DNA of 64,000 nt from Alphaproteobacteria bacterium (lineage in GTDB: Bacteria; Pseudomonadota; Alphaproteobacteria; GM7ARS4; G965262615): contig OZ253545.1 of assembly GCA_965262615.1 (NCBI GenBank), positions 864,001-928,000 of the forward strand, written 5' to 3'. The first letter of the stretch is position 1. Every line of letters starts with the position of its first letter. The notes beneath the pieces are model-generated. The model did not search any database. It worked only from the letters and a program-made list of their open reading frames with translations, and was not told where the DNA came from. A program made the position numbers and the translations under genes. Below are positions 7,432-17,882 of the stretch, in pieces.

Positions 7432-9441
7432 ATGATGACAAAGACCAAAGATAATTCCAGAGACAAACCGTGGATCATGCGCACCTATTCGGGGCATTCG
7501 TCTGCGGAGGCATCCAACGCGCTCTATCGTTCCAATTTGCGGCGGGGACAGACGGGGCTTTCCATCGCCTTTGATTTGCCCACCCAAACGGGATACGACT
7601 GCGACCATCCTCTGGCGCAAGGCGAGGTGGGCAAGGTGGGCGTGCCAATTTGTCATATGGGTGATATGCGCCGTTTGTTTCAGGACATCCCCCTTGCCGA
7701 GATGAACACCTCCATGACCATCAACGCCACCGCACCGTGGCTGCTGGCGTTGTATGTGGCGGTTGCCGAAGAACAGGGCGCGGCGCGCACACACCTCAAA
7801 GGAACAACGCAAAATGACATCATCAAGGAGTATTTGTCGCGCGGCACTTATATTTTTCCGCCCGCCGCCAGCATGCGTCTGACGAGCGATGTGATTATTT
7901 TCACCGCCCGTGAAATGCCCAAGTGGAATCCCATCAATGTGTGTTCCTATCACTTGCAGGAGGCGGGCGCGACCGCGGCGCAAGAGGTGGCGTTTGCCCT
8001 TGCCAATGCTCGCGGCGTGATTGATGAAGTGCAAAGACGCAAACAGGTGGCAGACAAAGACATGCCTGCGCTCATTGGCAGACTGAGTTTTTTTGTCAAT
8101 GCGGGGATTCAGTTCATCACCGAGCTGTGCAAGATGCGCGCCTTTACCGAACTGTGGTATGAGCTCACGGGTGAATTGTTTGGTGTGACAGAGGAACGGT
8201 ATCGCCGTTTTCGCTATGGCGTTCAGGTCAATTCGTTGGGACTGACGGAACAGCAGCCCGAGAACAATGTCTATCGCATTTTGCTGGAGATGCTGGCGGT
8301 GGTGTTGTCTAAAAAGACGCGGGCGCGGGCGGTGCAATTGCCCGCATGGAATGAGGCGTTGGGGCTGCCGCGTCCGTGGGATCAGCAGTGGAGTTTGCGT
8401 CTGCAACAAATTGTCGCCCTTGAGACCGACCTGCTGGACTATGACGATATTTTTGACGGCTCTCATGTGATTGAGGCAAAGGTGGAATCGCTCAAAAAAG
8501 AGGTGCGAGATATTCTTGCCACCATTGAACAGCGCGGCGGCATTGTGGCGGCGGTGGAGTCGGGATACCTGAAAGAGCAGCTGGTGCAATCGCTGTTGCG
8601 GCGGCAGCGCGCCATTGAGGACGGCGAGATCAAAGTGGTGGGAGGCAATTGCTTCACCGATGGATTGCCCTCACCTTTGATGCAGGACATGGAGGGCGCG
8701 ATTTTCGCCGCCGATGCCGAAGCCGAAGCACAACAACAAAAATCCATGCAGCAATGGCGCAGTGAGCGCGACGATGATGCGGTGCGGCGCGCCTTGATTG
8801 GGTTGGAATCCGATGCCAAAGAGGAACGCTCCATCATGCCGTCATCCATTGAGTGTGCCAAGGCGGGCGTGACAACGGGCGAGTGGGCTCATGTGTTGCG
8901 GCGCATTTTTGGTGATTATCGCGCCCCCACAGGCGTGACATCCGCCGTTCAGCAAGAAACAGCAACGCCATCCGACAACGCCATCAGTGTGGAGACCTTG
9001 CGTCAAAAGGTGGATGAATTGTCGCAAAAAGAGGGCAGACGATTGCGCATGTTGGTGGGAAAACCGGGGTTAGACGGTCATTCCAATGGAGCGGAACAAA
9101 TTGCTCTGGCGGCACGAGACGCAGGATTTGAGGTGATTTATCAGGGCATTCGTCTCACGCCTCAAGCCATCGTGGGCAGCGCGCTGGAGGAGAGTGTTCA
9201 CATTGTGGGCTTGTCTATTTTGTCCGGCTCGCACATGTTGTTGGTGCAGGAGGTGCTGCGTTTGATGAAAAAGGAGAAGATGGCGGATGTTCCCGTGGTG
9301 GTGGGAGGCATCATTCCGCCCAAAGATGCGGCGGCACTCAAGAAAAAAGGCGTTGCGGCTATTTACACCCCCAAAGATTTCCACATATGGCATGTGATGG
9401 ATGACATCATCACACTGCTGAACGAGCGAGCGAGCTCATGA
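7432..9441 (+). CDS. ecm: Ethylmalonyl-CoA mutase (MeaA/Ecm, B12-dependent)
   Basis: PWIMRTYSGHS, GLSIAFDLPTQTGYD, KPGLDGHSNGA (B12 DxHxxG) motifs; near ccr. Confidence 0.93.
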   Translation: MMTKTKDNSRDKPWIMRTYSGHSSAEASNALYRSNLRRGQTGLSIAFDLPTQTGYDCDHPLAQGEVGKVGVPICHMGDMRRLFQDIPLAEMNTSMTINATAPWLLALYVAVAEEQGAARTHLKGTTQNDIIKEYLSRGTYIFPPAASMRLTSDVIIFTAREMPKWNPINVCSYHLQEAGATAAQEVAFALANARGVIDEVQRRKQVADKDMPALIGRLSFFVNAGIQFITELCKMRAFTELWYELTGELFGVTEERYRRFRYGVQVNSLGLTEQQPENNVYRILLEMLAVVLSKKTRARAVQLPAWNEALGLPRPWDQQWSLRLQQIVALETDLLDYDDIFDGSHVIEAKVESLKKEVRDILATIEQRGGIVAAVESGYLKEQLVQSLLRRQRAIEDGEIKVVGGNCFTDGLPSPLMQDMEGAIFAADAEAEAQQQKSMQQWRSERDDDAVRRALIGLESDAKEERSIMPSSIECAKAGVTTGEWAHVLRRIFGDYRAPTGVTSAVQQETATPSDNAISVETLRQKVDELSQKEGRRLRMLVGKPGLDGHSNGAEQIALAARDAGFEVIYQGIRLTPQAIVGSALEESVHIVGLSILSGSHMLLVQEVLRLMKKEKMADVPVVVGGIIPPKDAAALKKKGVAAIYTPKDFHIWHVMDDIITLLNERASS

Positions 9442-10088
9442 GGGTGCGCCGTCCGTTTTTTGCGCGCATCAGAGGCTACTTTCTCACCGGCTTGGTGGTG
9501 ACAGTCCCACTGGGCGCGACTGCCTATCTCACATGGTGGGCGGTGCGATTGCTGGATGAATTCATGCTGAAACTCGTGCCTGCGCGCTATGGTGTGTCAG
9601 GCGAAGGGGTGTTGTCTCTGCCGGGCATGGGAATTGTGGCAACGGTGGTGATTATGATCGTTGTGGGATGGATTGCCGCGACGGTGTTTGGACGATTTTT
9701 TGTGCGGCTGGGAGAACGCATCATTGACCGCATGCCCGTCATTCGCAGCATCTATGGCGGCATGAAGCAGGTCTTTGAGACGGTGTTTGCGCGGCAAAGC
9801 ATCGCTTTTCGTCAGGCGGTGCTGGTGAAATTTCCCAATGATGACACATGGGCAATTGCTTTTTTGACACAGCGACCGTCGCGCGCCATCAGAGATGTGG
9901 CGGGACAGGATGTCTATGCGGTGTTTATGCCCACCGCGCCCAATCCCACATCGGGCTATTTGTTGTTTTTTCCCAAAGAAAAAGTGCGCCAGCTGAATTT
10001 ATCGGTGGAGGAGGCGTTCAAATTGATTCTATCGGGGGGACTGGTGTCGCCCGACATTTTAGATGATGGACAAGCCTCACGCCGATAA
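9438..10088 (+). CDS. DUF502 family membrane protein
   Basis: YFLTGL...P, RMPVIRSIY and VFMPTAPNPTSGYL motifs. Confidence 0.88.
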   Translation: MRVRRPFFARIRGYFLTGLVVTVPLGATAYLTWWAVRLLDEFMLKLVPARYGVSGEGVLSLPGMGIVATVVIMIVVGWIAATVFGRFFVRLGERIIDRMPVIRSIYGGMKQVFETVFARQSIAFRQAVLVKFPNDDTWAIAFLTQRPSRAIRDVAGQDVYAVFMPTAPNPTSGYLLFFPKEKVRQLNLSVEEAFKLILSGGLVSPDILDDGQASRR

Positions 10089-10090
10089 CC

Positions 10091-12139
10091 TCACGCCGAT
10101 AAAATGTGTTCGCTGTCATCGGCTTGATCTTGAAACAAAGCCAGCAGAGGACGATACCGCTCAGCATCACCATTCAGAAGGCGGGTGATATCTTCATTCA
10201 GCGATTGGGTCATTTTTTTGTGGCGTGCGGGATGAAAGAATCGCCAGCGGGTCATGCCGCTTTGTTGCACGCCGAGTGGGTCGCCACTGCCGCGCAGTTC
10301 TAGGTCTTTTTCGGCGATGATAAATCCATCATCCTCATCTCGCAGGATGGCGAGGCGTTGTTTGCTGATGAGTGAGAGCGGTGGTGCATAGAGAAAGATG
10401 CAAAATGCCGCATCCCCACTGCGTCCGATGCGCCCGCGCAACTGATGCAATTGTGACAATCCAAACGATTCGGCTTTTTCCACCACCATGACATTGGCGG
10501 TTGCCACATCAATGCCCACCTCAATGACGGTGGTGCTCACCAGCAGAGGCTTGGCACCACTGGAGAACGATTGCAGCGCACTTTGTTTGTCGCGTGCATT
10601 CATAGAGCCATGCAGCAGTGCCACTTTGCCCGCCAGATGGTGCTCCAGCCATGCGGCACGATTTTTAGCCGCGCTGTCATCATCGTCAATGAGAGGACAG
10701 ACCCAATAGACCAGGTGTCCTTGAGCCAGAGTGTGTTGCAGGGCTTTGACAATATCATTGAGTGCATGGTTCGTCATGGGCTTGACCAGTGTTTGAATTT
10801 TTTTGCGTCCTGCGGGTTTTGTCCGTAGCACGGAGACATCCAGCGTGCCTTCTTGTGCCAGCCATAGGCTGCGGGGAATGGGCGTGGCGGTCATGGCGAG
10901 CACATCGGCTTGATGGGTTTTTTTGTAGAGTTCCAGACGCTGTGCCACACCGAAGCGTTGTTGTTCATCAATGACAATGAGGGCGAGGTTGGCAAAGTGC
11001 GTCTTTTTTTGAAACAAAGCATGAGTTCCAAAAATGAGGCATTTTTTGTCATGCAACAGATGGAGTTGTTTTTTTTGTCTGGTTTTTGCGGTGTCACCGC
11101 CGTGCAGCACATGGGTGGCGATTCCGAGCGGCGTTGCCATGCGGGCGGCGATGCGAGCCGTTTGTGTTGCCAGCAGTGTGGTGGGCGCCATCAATGCCGC
11201 CTGATAGCCCGCCAGCACGACTTTGAGCATTGCCAGCACTGCCACGATGGTTTTGCCACTGCCCACATCTCCTTGCAACAGCCGCAGCATGCGTTTGTCA
11301 CTGGTGAGGTCGGTTGTGATGGCATCAAGGGCGGATTTTTGACACTCAGTCAGATTAAAGGGAATGGTGAGAGTGGACGGCAGGGGAACATCGGGCAGGG
11401 CGCGTCCGCTCTCTTTGAACTGACGCTCATTGAGAGCAAAGGCAAGACGGCGCGCCAACAGCTCATCATAGGCAAGACGCTGCCACGCCGTGTGAGATTC
11501 ATTGAGGGTGTCCGATGGGTGTGGCTCATGCAATTGCCGCAAGGCTTCCTTGCAACTGAGAGGAGCGTCACGCCAATCGGGACATTCGGGACACAATGCC
11601 AACGCCTCTTTGACCGCCAGATGATGGCGCGGCAATTGTCCCACACCGCCATAGACCGAGCGCGCTTGTCTCTGAGGCTCGGTGGCAATCCATTCGGGAT
11701 GCGCCATTGTCGCCTTGCCACGAAAAAAGGTGATGCGTCCGCCCAGATAACGCACCGCACCGGGCGGCAATTGATTTTTGATATACGAAGGCGCGCCTCT
11801 AAAAAAAATAACCGTCAGTGATTGTGCCAGCATGCTTTGTTGCGGATGGGCATCGCTGCATTCAATGCGATAGGGAGTGCGCCGTGTGATGCGCAGTGGG
11901 GCATGGTGTTTCATCACCCGCACACAGACACTCACGCGCGCGCCCTCTGGCAGCTGATTCAAGCTGACGGGATGGCTGTAATCAATGAAGCGTCTGGGGG
12001 TGTGCAACAGCAAATGACGCAGATGATTGCCGCCAATGGCGCGCGCCACGCGGCGGCGCACCGACGGCGCATGGGACAACGAAGACAAAAAGGATAGGGG
12101 AAGCGATAAAAACTCTTGCCAATTGGGTTTTTTTGTCAT
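10091..12139 (-). CDS. recG: ATP-dependent DNA helicase RecG
   Basis: RLLQGDVGSGKT, DEQQRFGV, MTATPIPRSL, QLHQLRGRIGR and DLELRGSG motifs. Confidence 0.94.
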   Translation of the reverse strand: MTKKPNWQEFLSLPLSFLSSLSHAPSVRRRVARAIGGNHLRHLLLHTPRRFIDYSHPVSLNQLPEGARVSVCVRVMKHHAPLRITRRTPYRIECSDAHPQQSMLAQSLTVIFFRGAPSYIKNQLPPGAVRYLGGRITFFRGKATMAHPEWIATEPQRQARSVYGGVGQLPRHHLAVKEALALCPECPDWRDAPLSCKEALRQLHEPHPSDTLNESHTAWQRLAYDELLARRLAFALNERQFKESGRALPDVPLPSTLTIPFNLTECQKSALDAITTDLTSDKRMLRLLQGDVGSGKTIVAVLAMLKVVLAGYQAALMAPTTLLATQTARIAARMATPLGIATHVLHGGDTAKTRQKKQLHLLHDKKCLIFGTHALFQKKTHFANLALIVIDEQQRFGVAQRLELYKKTHQADVLAMTATPIPRSLWLAQEGTLDVSVLRTKPAGRKKIQTLVKPMTNHALNDIVKALQHTLAQGHLVYWVCPLIDDDDSAAKNRAAWLEHHLAGKVALLHGSMNARDKQSALQSFSSGAKPLLVSTTVIEVGIDVATANVMVVEKAESFGLSQLHQLRGRIGRSGDAAFCIFLYAPPLSLISKQRLAILRDEDDGFIIAEKDLELRGSGDPLGVQQSGMTRWRFFHPARHKKMTQSLNEDITRLLNGDAERYRPLLALFQDQADDSEHILSA

Positions 12140-12202
12140 ATGTTAACCCTAACACAGAAATTGCTTCTTCGTGAGAGGGGACGCGCGAATGGTTTTGCAA
12201 CA

Positions 12203-13000
12203 ATGAAGATACGCCAATTAGTAGAAGGTCAGTGGGCATTGGTGACGGGGGCATCCAGTGGCATCGGCAGGGATATTGCCAGCTTGCATGCGTTTTATGG
12301 CGGGCATGTTGTCATCGTGGCGCGCCGTGAAGACAGATTGATGAAACTAAAAAAAGAACTGACGGAAAAATACGGCGTCACAGTGGAGGTGCTGGTCAAA
12401 GATTTGGCGAAAGAAAATGCCGTTCAGGAGATTTATGACGAATTGAAGAAGAAAAAAATTCACATTGATATCTTGGTGAATAATGCGGGGCTGGGCGGAA
12501 GTGGTTCTTTTCACAAGCAGTCTATGGAGCGGATGATGACAATCGTGAATGTCAATATGCGGGCTCTGACCACTCTGACGCGCTTGTTCGTGCCTGATAT
12601 GGTGAAACGCAAACGAGGATATGTTTTGAATGTGGCATCGGTGGTGGGTTTTTTCCCCGCGCCCTTTATGGCGGTGTATGGGGCGACCAAAGCCTATGTG
12701 GTTTCGTTCTCGCAAGGTCTGGCATCGGAGGTTGCCAATGACAATGTGACGGTCACCGCATTGTGCCCCGGTTTGACCAGCACCGAATTTATGGATGTCG
12801 CGGGAATGCAAGACAGTTTCATGGTGAATTATTTGCCGCAAGCCTCTTCCACGCAGGTGGCGGAGCTGGGCTATCGTGCCATGTTGCGAAAACGCTTGGT
12901 GGTGCGGGATACATTGATGGATGTCCTTTTGTCACGCTTTTTGTGGCATCTGACACCCCGACGCATGTTTCTCAAAATAGGGCAGCGACTCATTCAGTGA
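12203..13000 (+). CDS. Short-chain dehydrogenase/reductase (DltE-like)
   Basis: TGASSGIG, NNAG and YGATK motifs; start moved to ATG 12203. Confidence 0.88.
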   Translation: MKIRQLVEGQWALVTGASSGIGRDIASLHAFYGGHVVIVARREDRLMKLKKELTEKYGVTVEVLVKDLAKENAVQEIYDELKKKKIHIDILVNNAGLGGSGSFHKQSMERMMTIVNVNMRALTTLTRLFVPDMVKRKRGYVLNVASVVGFFPAPFMAVYGATKAYVVSFSQGLASEVANDNVTVTALCPGLTSTEFMDVAGMQDSFMVNYLPQASSTQVAELGYRAMLRKRLVVRDTLMDVLLSRFLWHLTPRRMFLKIGQRLIQ

Positions 13001-13002
13001 CC

Positions 13003-13263
13003 ATGGAGCGAGCGCTTCGCTTGAAACGCTTGCACTATCGCGCGTCTCATAGGGGAACGCGCGAGATGGATTTATTGATGGAAGCGTTTGTGCGTCATCA
13101 CAGCCAAGGGTGTGACGAGAACACGCTGTCTTTTTTGGAGTGGCTTTGCAATCAAGACGATGAATCCATTGATGCGTGGATGCGCGCCGCACGGAAGCCA
13201 CCAGCCGACAAAAATCATCCGCTCTGGGGGCACTTGCGAGCATGGACGCTGCCGCGTGGCTGA
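13003..13263 (+). CDS. sdhE: Succinate dehydrogenase flavinylation factor SdhE (SDHAF2)
   Basis: LKRLHYRASHRGTREMDLL motif; usual recG/sdhE/mfd neighbourhood. Confidence 0.85.
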   Translation: MERALRLKRLHYRASHRGTREMDLLMEAFVRHHSQGCDENTLSFLEWLCNQDDESIDAWMRAARKPPADKNHPLWGHLRAWTLPRG

Positions 13264-16200
13264 GCCGTCTCGCATTCATTCGCGCATTCATTGTGTGGCG
13301 GGGGGAGAGGCGTTTGCACTGGCGCGCTGGCTGAAGTCTTCGGTGAAGAGGCTGGTGGTGGTGGCGCGTAGCGACCATGAGATGGAGATGATGGCGCAGG
13401 CGTGTGATTTTTTTATGCCGCACCATCGGGTCATCACTTTTCCGGCGTGGGATGTGCGGCCTTATGATTATTTATCCCCTGCCTTGCCCATCATGGGGCG
13501 GCGCATTGCCGCCCGTCATCGCTGCATGACATCATCCCAGTGGGTGCTGATGACCACACTGCCCGCTCTGATTCAGCGCATGCCACCTCATGGAATGCTC
13601 AAGCCTCTGGAGCTTGCCCCTCATAAAGGAACGCCCAGCTACGATGAGCTGCGGGCGTGGTTGCTTCAGGCGGGCTATGAGGCGGTGGAGAGCGTCTATG
13701 AGGTGGGGGCGTTTGCTTTGCGCGGCAGCATCATTGATGTTTTTCCCCCTCATCATGACCATCCTTTGCGCGCTGATTTTTTTGGCACGGAGCTGGAGTC
13801 TTTGCGTCATTTTGATATTCATAGCCAGCAAACCATCGCAAATGTGACCCACGCCTCGCTGACCCACAGCTCTGAGTGGATTGTCAATGATGACACCATC
13901 TCGCTTTTCAAAAAAAACTATCATGCCCTGCCAGGGGGCTTTCCTCATGGTGATGCCTTTTATGACGACATAGATGCCGGCATCAAGGTGCTGGGCGGTG
14001 AGCATCACCTGCCGTTGTTCTATGATGCCATGAGCTGTGTGTTGGACGACCTGCCCCGTGACACCCATGTGGTCATGCCCGCCTCATGGCGGCAACAGAT
14101 GGAGGAGCATTTTGATGATATCGCTCGCAGCTATCAGAGGCGCGAGCAGCAATGGCATCATGGGTCATCCGATGAACCCACGCTGCGCCGTCCCATTGCT
14201 CCCCATGGGCTCTATGGCACGGCACAAATCTGGCGGCAGTCATTGGAACGCCACCCCGTGAGCCTCATGGATGTGGTGGGGGGCGATGACACGCTGCCGC
14301 GCCGCATTGTGGTGGAACGAGATTCTCTCACCAGTCAATTGGCGCAATTGAAAAGCACGGCGGGAAAGCGTCCCATTCTTTTTGCCATGACTCACGAACA
14401 CAGCGTGCGTCATTTTGCGTCTTTGGTGCACTCTATGGAGGAATCCTCCCTGCAAGAGGCGCGCCATTGGCAGGACATGGCAAAACAGACGCTGTGGATT
14501 GCTCATTGCCCCGTCACATGCAGCATGGAAGATGAGTCACTGGTGGTGGTGAGCGAGCAGGATTTGTTCGGCAGCAAGGGGATGCGTCATCGCTCCGTCA
14601 GGCACAAAAGCAAGTTCCATGAGGCGGTGCCGTCCTTTGAGCAAGGCGCGCTGGTGGTGCATGAGGAACACGGCGTGGGAATGTATCAGGGACTGCGCAC
14701 CATCACCATTGATGAACAGCCGCACGATTGCTTGCGTCTCATCTATCAAGAGGGCGATGAATTGACCATTCCGGTGGGCGATATTGGACTCATTTCTGCC
14801 TACGGCGGTCATGATGGCGAGCTAGATCGGTTGGGCAGTGTGTCATGGCAAAAACGCAAAGCTCAGGCGAAAAAACGCATTGGCGAGCTGGCGCATCGCT
14901 TGACGCAATTGGCGGCGCGCCGCCGTCAAAGCACAGCTCCATCATTGCGCTGTGATGACATGAGCTACGAGGAATTTTGCGCGCACTTTCCCTTTGAACC
15001 CACCGAAGACCAAGAACTCGTCATGGCAGAGTGTGAGGAAGACCTTGCCAAGTCCCATCCCACCGACCGCCTTATTTGTGGTGACACAGGATTTGGCAAG
15101 ACGGAGGTGGCATTGCGGGCGGCGTTCATTGCTTACGCCAGTGGTGCGCAGGTGATGGTGCTCGCCCCCACCACCTTGTTGGCACGGCAGCATTATGAGT
15201 TGTTTCGTCAGCGCATGAATCCCTTTGGTGCGCGCGTGGGGTTGGTGTCTCGTTATGCCAGCAACACCAAAGAGACATTGGCGGCGGTGGCATCGGGGGA
15301 CATTCACATTGCCATCGGCACGCATGGATTGCTGCGCGCAAAGCCTCGTCATTTGGGCTTGCTCATCGTGGATGAGGAACAGCATTTTGGCGTGAGTCAA
15401 AAAGAGCGCATCAAAGAAATCGCCCACCATGTTCATGTCATGACTCTGACCGCCACGCCCATTCCGCGCACGCTGCACATGGCGATGAGTGGTCTGCGCG
15501 CCATGAGCGTCATTGAAACGCCACCCCCAGGACGGCGCGCCGTGCGCAGTTTTGTCATGCCCTATGATGCCGTTGTGGTGCGAGATGCGTTGCTGCGGGA
15601 GAAAGAGCGCGGCGGTGCGTCCTATTACATCGTGCCGCGCGTGCGAGACATTGAGGATGTGCAACAGCAGCTGCAAAGATTACTGCCTCAATTGCACATT
15701 GTGGTGGCGCACGGACGCATGGCATCTCGTGAGATGGATCGCGCCATCGCCGCATTTTATGGCAGGCGCGCCGATGTGTTGTTGGCAACGCCCATTGTGG
15801 AGGCGGGATTGGATGTGCCTCATGCCAACACCATCATCATTCATCGCAGTGATTTATTTGGCTTGGCACAGCTCTATCAAATGCGCGGCAGAGTGGGGCG
15901 CAGCACCCAGCAAGGATGGGCATATCTCACCTTGCCCCTCAACGCACAACTCAAAGACAAAGCTCAGCAACGCCTCGCTATTTTGCATGGACTGAGTGAA
16001 CTGGGGGCAGGTCTCACCATCGCCGCTCATGACAGAGACTTGCGAGGCGCAGGCAATCTTTTGGGAGCGGAGCAATCGGGACACATGCGGGAAATCGGCA
16101 TTGAACTGTTTGACCACATGTTGCGTCAAGCCATGAAGAATATGGCGCAAGAAGGCGAAGACACCCCAGAGCCACCATCGCCGCCGCATTTGCAATTGTC

Positions 16201-16624
16201 CATTCCCATGCTGATTCCGTCATCTTATATTGCCGACTTATCGTTGCGTTTGCGTCTGTATCGCAGGCTGGGCGATGCCGATGAGACGCAGCTCACTGAG
16301 ATGATGGATGAATGGCGGGATCGCTTCGGCGCACCGCCGCCGCAGCTGCATTTATTGTGTCAGGCTTTTCAGGTGCGTCTCAAAGGATGGCGGTTGGGCA
16401 TGGCGCGCATCGCCGCATCGTCTCATGAGCTCGCCTTTGTCTTTCATGATGGCTATCCTCTTCATCCCGAGCGTCTGCTCTCATGGATTGAGAACAACAG
16501 CGCGCGCGTCACTTTGCGCTCGGAGCGAGCGTTTGCCATCACGGGCAATTGGAGCGAAGATGCGGCGCGCCTCACCGCCATCATGACCCTGCTGGATGAG
16601 TGGCATCAGCTGATGTGCGAGTGA
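13256..16624 (+). CDS. mfd: Transcription-repair coupling factor
   Basis: VVHEEHGVG, DRLICGDTGFGKTEVA, DEEQHFGV and QLYQMRGRVGRS motifs, TRCF C-terminus; start inferred at GTG 13256. Confidence 0.94.
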   Translation: MAEPSRIHSRIHCVAGGEAFALARWLKSSVKRLVVVARSDHEMEMMAQACDFFMPHHRVITFPAWDVRPYDYLSPALPIMGRRIAARHRCMTSSQWVLMTTLPALIQRMPPHGMLKPLELAPHKGTPSYDELRAWLLQAGYEAVESVYEVGAFALRGSIIDVFPPHHDHPLRADFFGTELESLRHFDIHSQQTIANVTHASLTHSSEWIVNDDTISLFKKNYHALPGGFPHGDAFYDDIDAGIKVLGGEHHLPLFYDAMSCVLDDLPRDTHVVMPASWRQQMEEHFDDIARSYQRREQQWHHGSSDEPTLRRPIAPHGLYGTAQIWRQSLERHPVSLMDVVGGDDTLPRRIVVERDSLTSQLAQLKSTAGKRPILFAMTHEHSVRHFASLVHSMEESSLQEARHWQDMAKQTLWIAHCPVTCSMEDESLVVVSEQDLFGSKGMRHRSVRHKSKFHEAVPSFEQGALVVHEEHGVGMYQGLRTITIDEQPHDCLRLIYQEGDELTIPVGDIGLISAYGGHDGELDRLGSVSWQKRKAQAKKRIGELAHRLTQLAARRRQSTAPSLRCDDMSYEEFCAHFPFEPTEDQELVMAECEEDLAKSHPTDRLICGDTGFGKTEVALRAAFIAYASGAQVMVLAPTTLLARQHYELFRQRMNPFGARVGLVSRYASNTKETLAAVASGDIHIAIGTHGLLRAKPRHLGLLIVDEEQHFGVSQKERIKEIAHHVHVMTLTATPIPRTLHMAMSGLRAMSVIETPPPGRRAVRSFVMPYDAVVVRDALLREKERGGASYYIVPRVRDIEDVQQQLQRLLPQLHIVVAHGRMASREMDRAIAAFYGRRADVLLATPIVEAGLDVPHANTIIIHRSDLFGLAQLYQMRGRVGRSTQQGWAYLTLPLNAQLKDKAQQRLAILHGLSELGAGLTIAAHDRDLRGAGNLLGAEQSGHMREIGIELFDHMLRQAMKNMAQEGEDTPEPPSPPHLQLSIPMLIPSSYIADLSLRLRLYRRLGDADETQLTEMMDEWRDRFGAPPPQLHLLCQAFQVRLKGWRLGMARIAASSHELAFVFHDGYPLHPERLLSWIENNSARVTLRSERAFAITGNWSEDAARLTAIMTLLDEWHQLMCE

Positions 16625-17876
16625 CCTTTGCTCCCAAAGAGTGCAATTTGGAAGCCAACGAATCATAGCCTCTGTCCAGATGATAGAGGCGATGAATGAC
16701 GCTTGTGCCGCGTGCGGCAAGTGCGGCAATGACCAATCCCATGCTGGCGCGCAAATCACTCGCCATCACCGGCGCACCGCGCAATGAGTGCTCTCCTTGA
16801 CCCTCCACCCGCACGCAGTGCGATGACTCTTTGGTGATGCGCGCCCCCATGCGTTGCAGCTCCGCCACATGCAAAAAGCGATTGTCAAAAATGGTCTCAT
16901 CCACCACACATGAGCCGTCACTCACCGCCGCCAGAGCCATCCACTGAGCTTGCAAGTCAGTGGCAAAGGCGGGGTAGGGAGCGGTGCGCACTCTTTGGGG
17001 CAACGGCTGCAAGCCTTGTTTGTTATGACGCAAACGCACCGTATCGTCTCCCCATTCAATGGTGACACCCCCCGCCTCCAGCAGCTGCAACCAACGCAAG
17101 TGACCGGGGTCTGTTTTTTGCAGTGTGACATCACCGCCCGTGGCAGCCACAGCAAAGGCATAACTGGCTGCCTCAATGCGATCGGGAATAATCTCATGAG
17201 TCGTGCCATGCAGTGTGGTCACGCCGTCAATGGCTATGACGCTGCTGCCCGCTCCGTCAATGCGCGCCCCCATGCCATTGAGGCAAGCGGCAAGATTGAC
17301 AATTTCAGGCTCGCATGCCCCATTGATGATGACGCTGCGTCCTCCTGCCGTCACCGCCGCCATCATGATGGTCTCCGTTGCTCCCACAGAAGGCATGGGA
17401 AGAAGATGGCTACATGCCTTGAAGCGTCCATCAACAGAGCCTTCAATGATGCCGTCGCGCAAATCAATGTGTGCTCCCATCCGTTGCAGTGCCGCCAGAT
17501 GCCAATTCACAGGACGCACCCCAATGGCACACCCCCCAGGCAATGATAACCGAACTTTTCCATGACGCGCCAGCAGCGCGCTCAATAGCAAAATAGACGC
17601 GCGCATCTTGCGAACCGAATCATAGGGAACATCATAGCCCGATGCACCACCGCCATCCAAATGCCAGGTGCTGTTTTTTTGTCGTATCGCCATTCCTAAT
17701 GACGACAGAATATGGTGCATCGTCACAATATCCGCCACCTGAGGAACATTGTGCAGCACGGTCTCTTGGGACGACAACAACGATGCCACCATGAGAGGCA
17801 GGGCGGCATTTTTTGCTCCCGCGATGGCGACCGTTCCATGCAAGCGGTGTCCGCCCTCAATAATCAGGCGGTCCAT
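16581..17876 (-). CDS. murA: UDP-N-acetylglucosamine 1-carboxyvinyltransferase
   Basis: GAKNAALP, LPGGCAIGVRP (catalytic Cys), DRIEA, DLRA and HLDRGY motifs. Confidence 0.96.
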   Translation of the reverse strand: MDRLIIEGGHRLHGTVAIAGAKNAALPLMVASLLSSQETVLHNVPQVADIVTMHHILSSLGMAIRQKNSTWHLDGGGASGYDVPYDSVRKMRASILLLSALLARHGKVRLSLPGGCAIGVRPVNWHLAALQRMGAHIDLRDGIIEGSVDGRFKACSHLLPMPSVGATETIMMAAVTAGGRSVIINGACEPEIVNLAACLNGMGARIDGAGSSVIAIDGVTTLHGTTHEIIPDRIEAASYAFAVAATGGDVTLQKTDPGHLRWLQLLEAGGVTIEWGDDTVRLRHNKQGLQPLPQRVRTAPYPAFATDLQAQWMALAAVSDGSCVVDETIFDNRFLHVAELQRMGARITKESSHCVRVEGQGEHSLRGAPVMASDLRASMGLVIAALAARGTSVIHRLYHLDRGYDSLASKLHSLGAKVTRTSADATHPAGS

Positions 17877-17882
17877 AGCGGA

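Noticed and set aside
7339-8589. 416-aa antisense ORF and similar long shadow ORFs (10910..11821, 32976..33977, 37349..38389, 58778..59683)
   Set aside because: They lie opposite well-supported genes and carry no recognisable motifs.
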